A DNA stretch of 64,000 bases from contig NC_043012.1 of NCBI RefSeq assembly GCF_006345805.1, positions 52,762,001 to 52,826,000 of the forward strand. Reading direction: 5' to 3'. This document shows positions 61,478 through 64,000 of this stretch, piece after piece; position 1 is the first letter of the stretch, and every line of letters starts with the position of its first letter. The DNA comes from Octopus sinensis (lineage: Eukaryota). Position numbers and translations under genes: made by a program. The notes under the pieces are model-generated. The model worked only from the letters and a program-made list of their open reading frames with translations. It was not told the DNA's origin and ran no database searches.

Positions 61478-62927
61478 GGTTACCCAGAGTGCATTTGGTT
61501 TGTTGTTTGTGTGCGAGTCGGAAGTTTTTTTTTTGTTTTGCTCTTTGAGGTTAGAGATGTACTCAGACCTTAGCGGGTCTGAGCTGTCTTCTTCAGAGGA
61601 GGAGCTGCTGAGAGTAGTAGAAGGTATGGACGAATATTTGAAGAAAATGAAGAATTTTGCGGAGGCTGTGGAAGTGAAGAGAAAAGAGGTGGATCTATCA
61701 AGAATGAAGGAGCATGGAAAAATGGTGCAGAAAGTGGGCGGCAACGTGACGTTGTCATCCCAACAAAGAATAATGGATGGCATAAAAAGAAGAACAGTCA
61801 TATACAAAGTTTACTCGATAAAGAGTAAGAAAGTCGACCAAATAGAAATAGAGAAAATAGAAAAGGCAGTAAAGGAGGAATCCAACGGAGTAATATACAT
61901 GACAAGAGAATGCCAATATGGGACAATGGTAGTGCAGTTTAGAACAGAGGAGGAGGCAAGGAGGCTGGCGGGTAAAAATGTAAAAACGGAGGAAATGGTC
62001 CTTCTACTCACGTATCTTGGAAGAAGGAATTCCAAGATAAGGGTAGAAGGAATCCCGCTTGGGTTGCGACAGCCGTCCTCATTGGAAGAGAAGAGGAAGT
62101 GACTGTCCTCCAGGCCACGGAAACGGAAGAAGGAAGATTTAAAGGGAAGTCGCTTGAACTTATCATTCAGACCGTGGAAAAACAACTGGAAAATTTGGCA
62201 GACAGTATCATTGGGAGAGATAGTTCTAAGAACGTGGGTGGAGAACAGAATTCCACGCTGCTTTAAATGTGGCCAAAAGGACCACATTAGAGCGCACTGC
62301 CCTCTTCAGAGGAAAATGACAGAAGAAGCGGCGGTGGAGACGGAGGAGGAGGAAAAGGAAGAATTACAGATAGATGGAAGGAACAAGGAGGATGAATGGA
62401 CAGTGACCGAGAACAAAAGGAAAAAGAGAAAGAAGAGGAAGAACAGTCAGTGTGATGTGGGACCCCAGACCAACTCCATCCCACCCAAGACCACTCAGAC
62501 CCACGCTCCCCATATGATACCAAACCTACCCACCTCCCTCTCCTCACAGGAAAAAAAAGAAGAAAGAACAGACACCACAAAATTTAAAAGACCCCTCCCC
62601 CGGTGAAAAAGGTTACGTGTACATGGAGGAGAGAGTGTTGTCACTCAGCGATGGGGGAAAAGGAAAGACTAGATTAAAGACTAAAGAGGATTTAGGACTC
62701 AGAGGTGGCAATTGGTGTTACTCAGTGTGGGGTGAGTAACACACTTTTCATATTCTCATTTCTCAAGTTATCATTCATGTATCATTATTTTAATATTTTG
62801 ATTTTAATGTTTTTCATGTTCATTTTCATGTGTCATTCATAGCCTCATATTTTTATTGTTATATGTCCCCACATGTGTTGTAGTGTCCCCTCTGTGTAAA
62901 GCCTTTATGGCAATTGAAAAGAAATAA
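61478..62927 (+). mobile_element. Gag/ORF1-only (HAL1-like) non-LTR retroelement of L1/Tx1 type, copy 2
   Basis: Diverged paralogue of copy 1, bounded by AGAAGCTTGCTTCC (61464-61477) and AGAAGCTTGCTTC (62928-62940). Contains CFKCGQKDHIRAHC; 3' end is ...GGCAATTGAAAAGAAATAA. Confidence 0.8.
61557..62606 (+). pseudogene. Frameshifted Gag/ORF1-like protein with CCHC zinc knuckle (copy 2)
   Basis: ATG at 61557 (MYSDLSGSELSSSEEELL...), an RRM-like segment (MVVQFRTEEEA, YLGRRNSKIRVEGIP), frameshifts, then IPRCFKCGQKDHIRAHC and the basic EWTVTENKRKKRKKRK. This layout matches L1/Tx1-clade ORF1 proteins. Confidence 0.75.
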
Positions 62928-63549
62928 AGAAGCTTGCTTCTCAATTACATGGTTCCGGGTTCAAGCCCATTGCGTGGCACCTTGGGCAAGTGTCTTTTAC
63001 TATAGCCTCAGAACGACCAAAGGATGAAAGAGAAAGTCGACCTCGACGGAATTTGAACTCAGAACGTAACGGCAGACGAAATATGGCTATGCATTTCGCC
63101 CAGCGTGCTAACGATTCTGCCAGCTCGCCGCCTTGCTCACACAATATATATGTACGTACACACAATATGTATGTGAGTGGATTTGGTAGACGGAAACTGA
63201 AAAGAAGCCCGTCGAATATATATGCTTATATGTGTGCCTTTCTGTCTGTGTTTGTCTCACCCCCACGCCACCATCGCTTGACAACCGATGTTGGCGTGTT
63301 TACCACCCCCGTAACTTAGCGGGTCGGCCAAAGAGACCCATAGAACAAGTACCAGGCTTACAAAGAATAAGTCCTGGGATCGATTTCTTCGATTAAAAGG
63401 CAGTACTCTAGCATGCCCGCAGTCAAATGATTGAAACAAGTAAAAGAATAAAAGAATAAAATAAATAGGATATCCAGCTTTTTGAAAATCCATTTGCAAT
63501 TGTTTGTGAGACAAATCAGAGAAGGCGAAGAAGTGGAAGTGTCCTAAAT

Positions 63550-64000
63550 ATCGATTTCAAATTTTGGTACAAGGTCGGCAATTTTGAGGGAAGTGGCTAG
63601 TCGATTGTATTGAACACAATGTTCAACTGGTACTCAATTCATCGACCCCGAAGGAATGAAAGTCAAAGTCGACCTGAGCGGAATTTGAACTCATAACGTA
63701 AAGACAAACGAAATGCCGCTAAGCATTTTTGCTTTACGTGCTAACGATTCTGCCATCTCGCAGCTTTTAAGAACGGAATAGTTTCGTTTCAAAATTTGGC
63801 ACAAGGCCAGCAATCTCGGGGGAAGGGGGTAACTCGATGGCATCAACTCCAGTGCTCATCTGGGACTTATTTTATCGACCTCAAAAGGATGAAGGTAAGT
63901 CGACCACGGCGGAATTTGAACTCGGAACGTAAAGACGAACGAAATGCCGCTGTGCAATTTTGCCTGGCATGCCTACAAGTCTGCCAGCTCGCCGCCTTAG
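63550..64000 (-). mobile_element. Two SINE-B monomers (native tail)
   Basis: Family match without the composite tail. Similar monomers lie at ~53695-53925 (+) and ~59155-59370 (-). Confidence 0.75.

Larger units (their letters stand above)
59974..63460 (+). mobile_element. SINE-A host copy split by the two Gag-only elements and a SINE-B fragment
   Basis: Head AAGCGCAGGCGTGGCTGTGTGGTAAG at 59974. It resumes at 62928 with ...CATGGTTCCGGGTTCAAGCCC...CCTTGGGCAAGTGTC, and the tail ...GACTGAAACAAGTAAAAGA-like sequence lies at ~63430-63460. An antisense SINE-B head is inserted at ~63020-63135. Confidence 0.85.

Noticed and set aside
60012-62927. Reading the 1.45-kb direct repeats as LTRs of an LTR retrotransposon
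   Set aside because: No TG...CA termini, PBS or internal region; each repeat carries its own ORF and is bounded by the same target motif.

Overview
AT-rich, microsatellite-saturated metazoan DNA; the SINE repertoire and composition suggest an Octopus genome (inference). I recognise no intact host protein-coding gene, and almost all long ORFs in the track are microsatellite or SINE artefacts. The window holds many tRNA-derived SINEs (working labels A-D), fossil hAT, Helitron, Chapaev-like and RTE fragments, two mariner deletion derivatives and a MITE with 8-bp TSDs. Two systems stand out. (1) A target-specific non-LTR retroelement system: two diverged ~1.45-kb elements encoding only a Gag/ORF1-like CCHC protein (half-L1/HAL1-like) sit in tandem at one 14-bp site (AGAAGCTTGCTTCC) in a SINE-A tRNA head. 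The same site is occupied at two other loci, and a related ~60-bp 3' tail is fused to SINE-B, which forms ~184-bp arrays by apparently inserting into its own head. (2) A set of type I hammerhead-ribozyme-like motifs of the Penelope/retrozyme kind, including a near-complete motif at 36.0 kb, a 377-nt tandem pair at 44.5-44.9 kb and an inverted pair at 18.4-18.7 kb. Most repeat boundaries are approximate; junction and motif coordinates were counted by hand.
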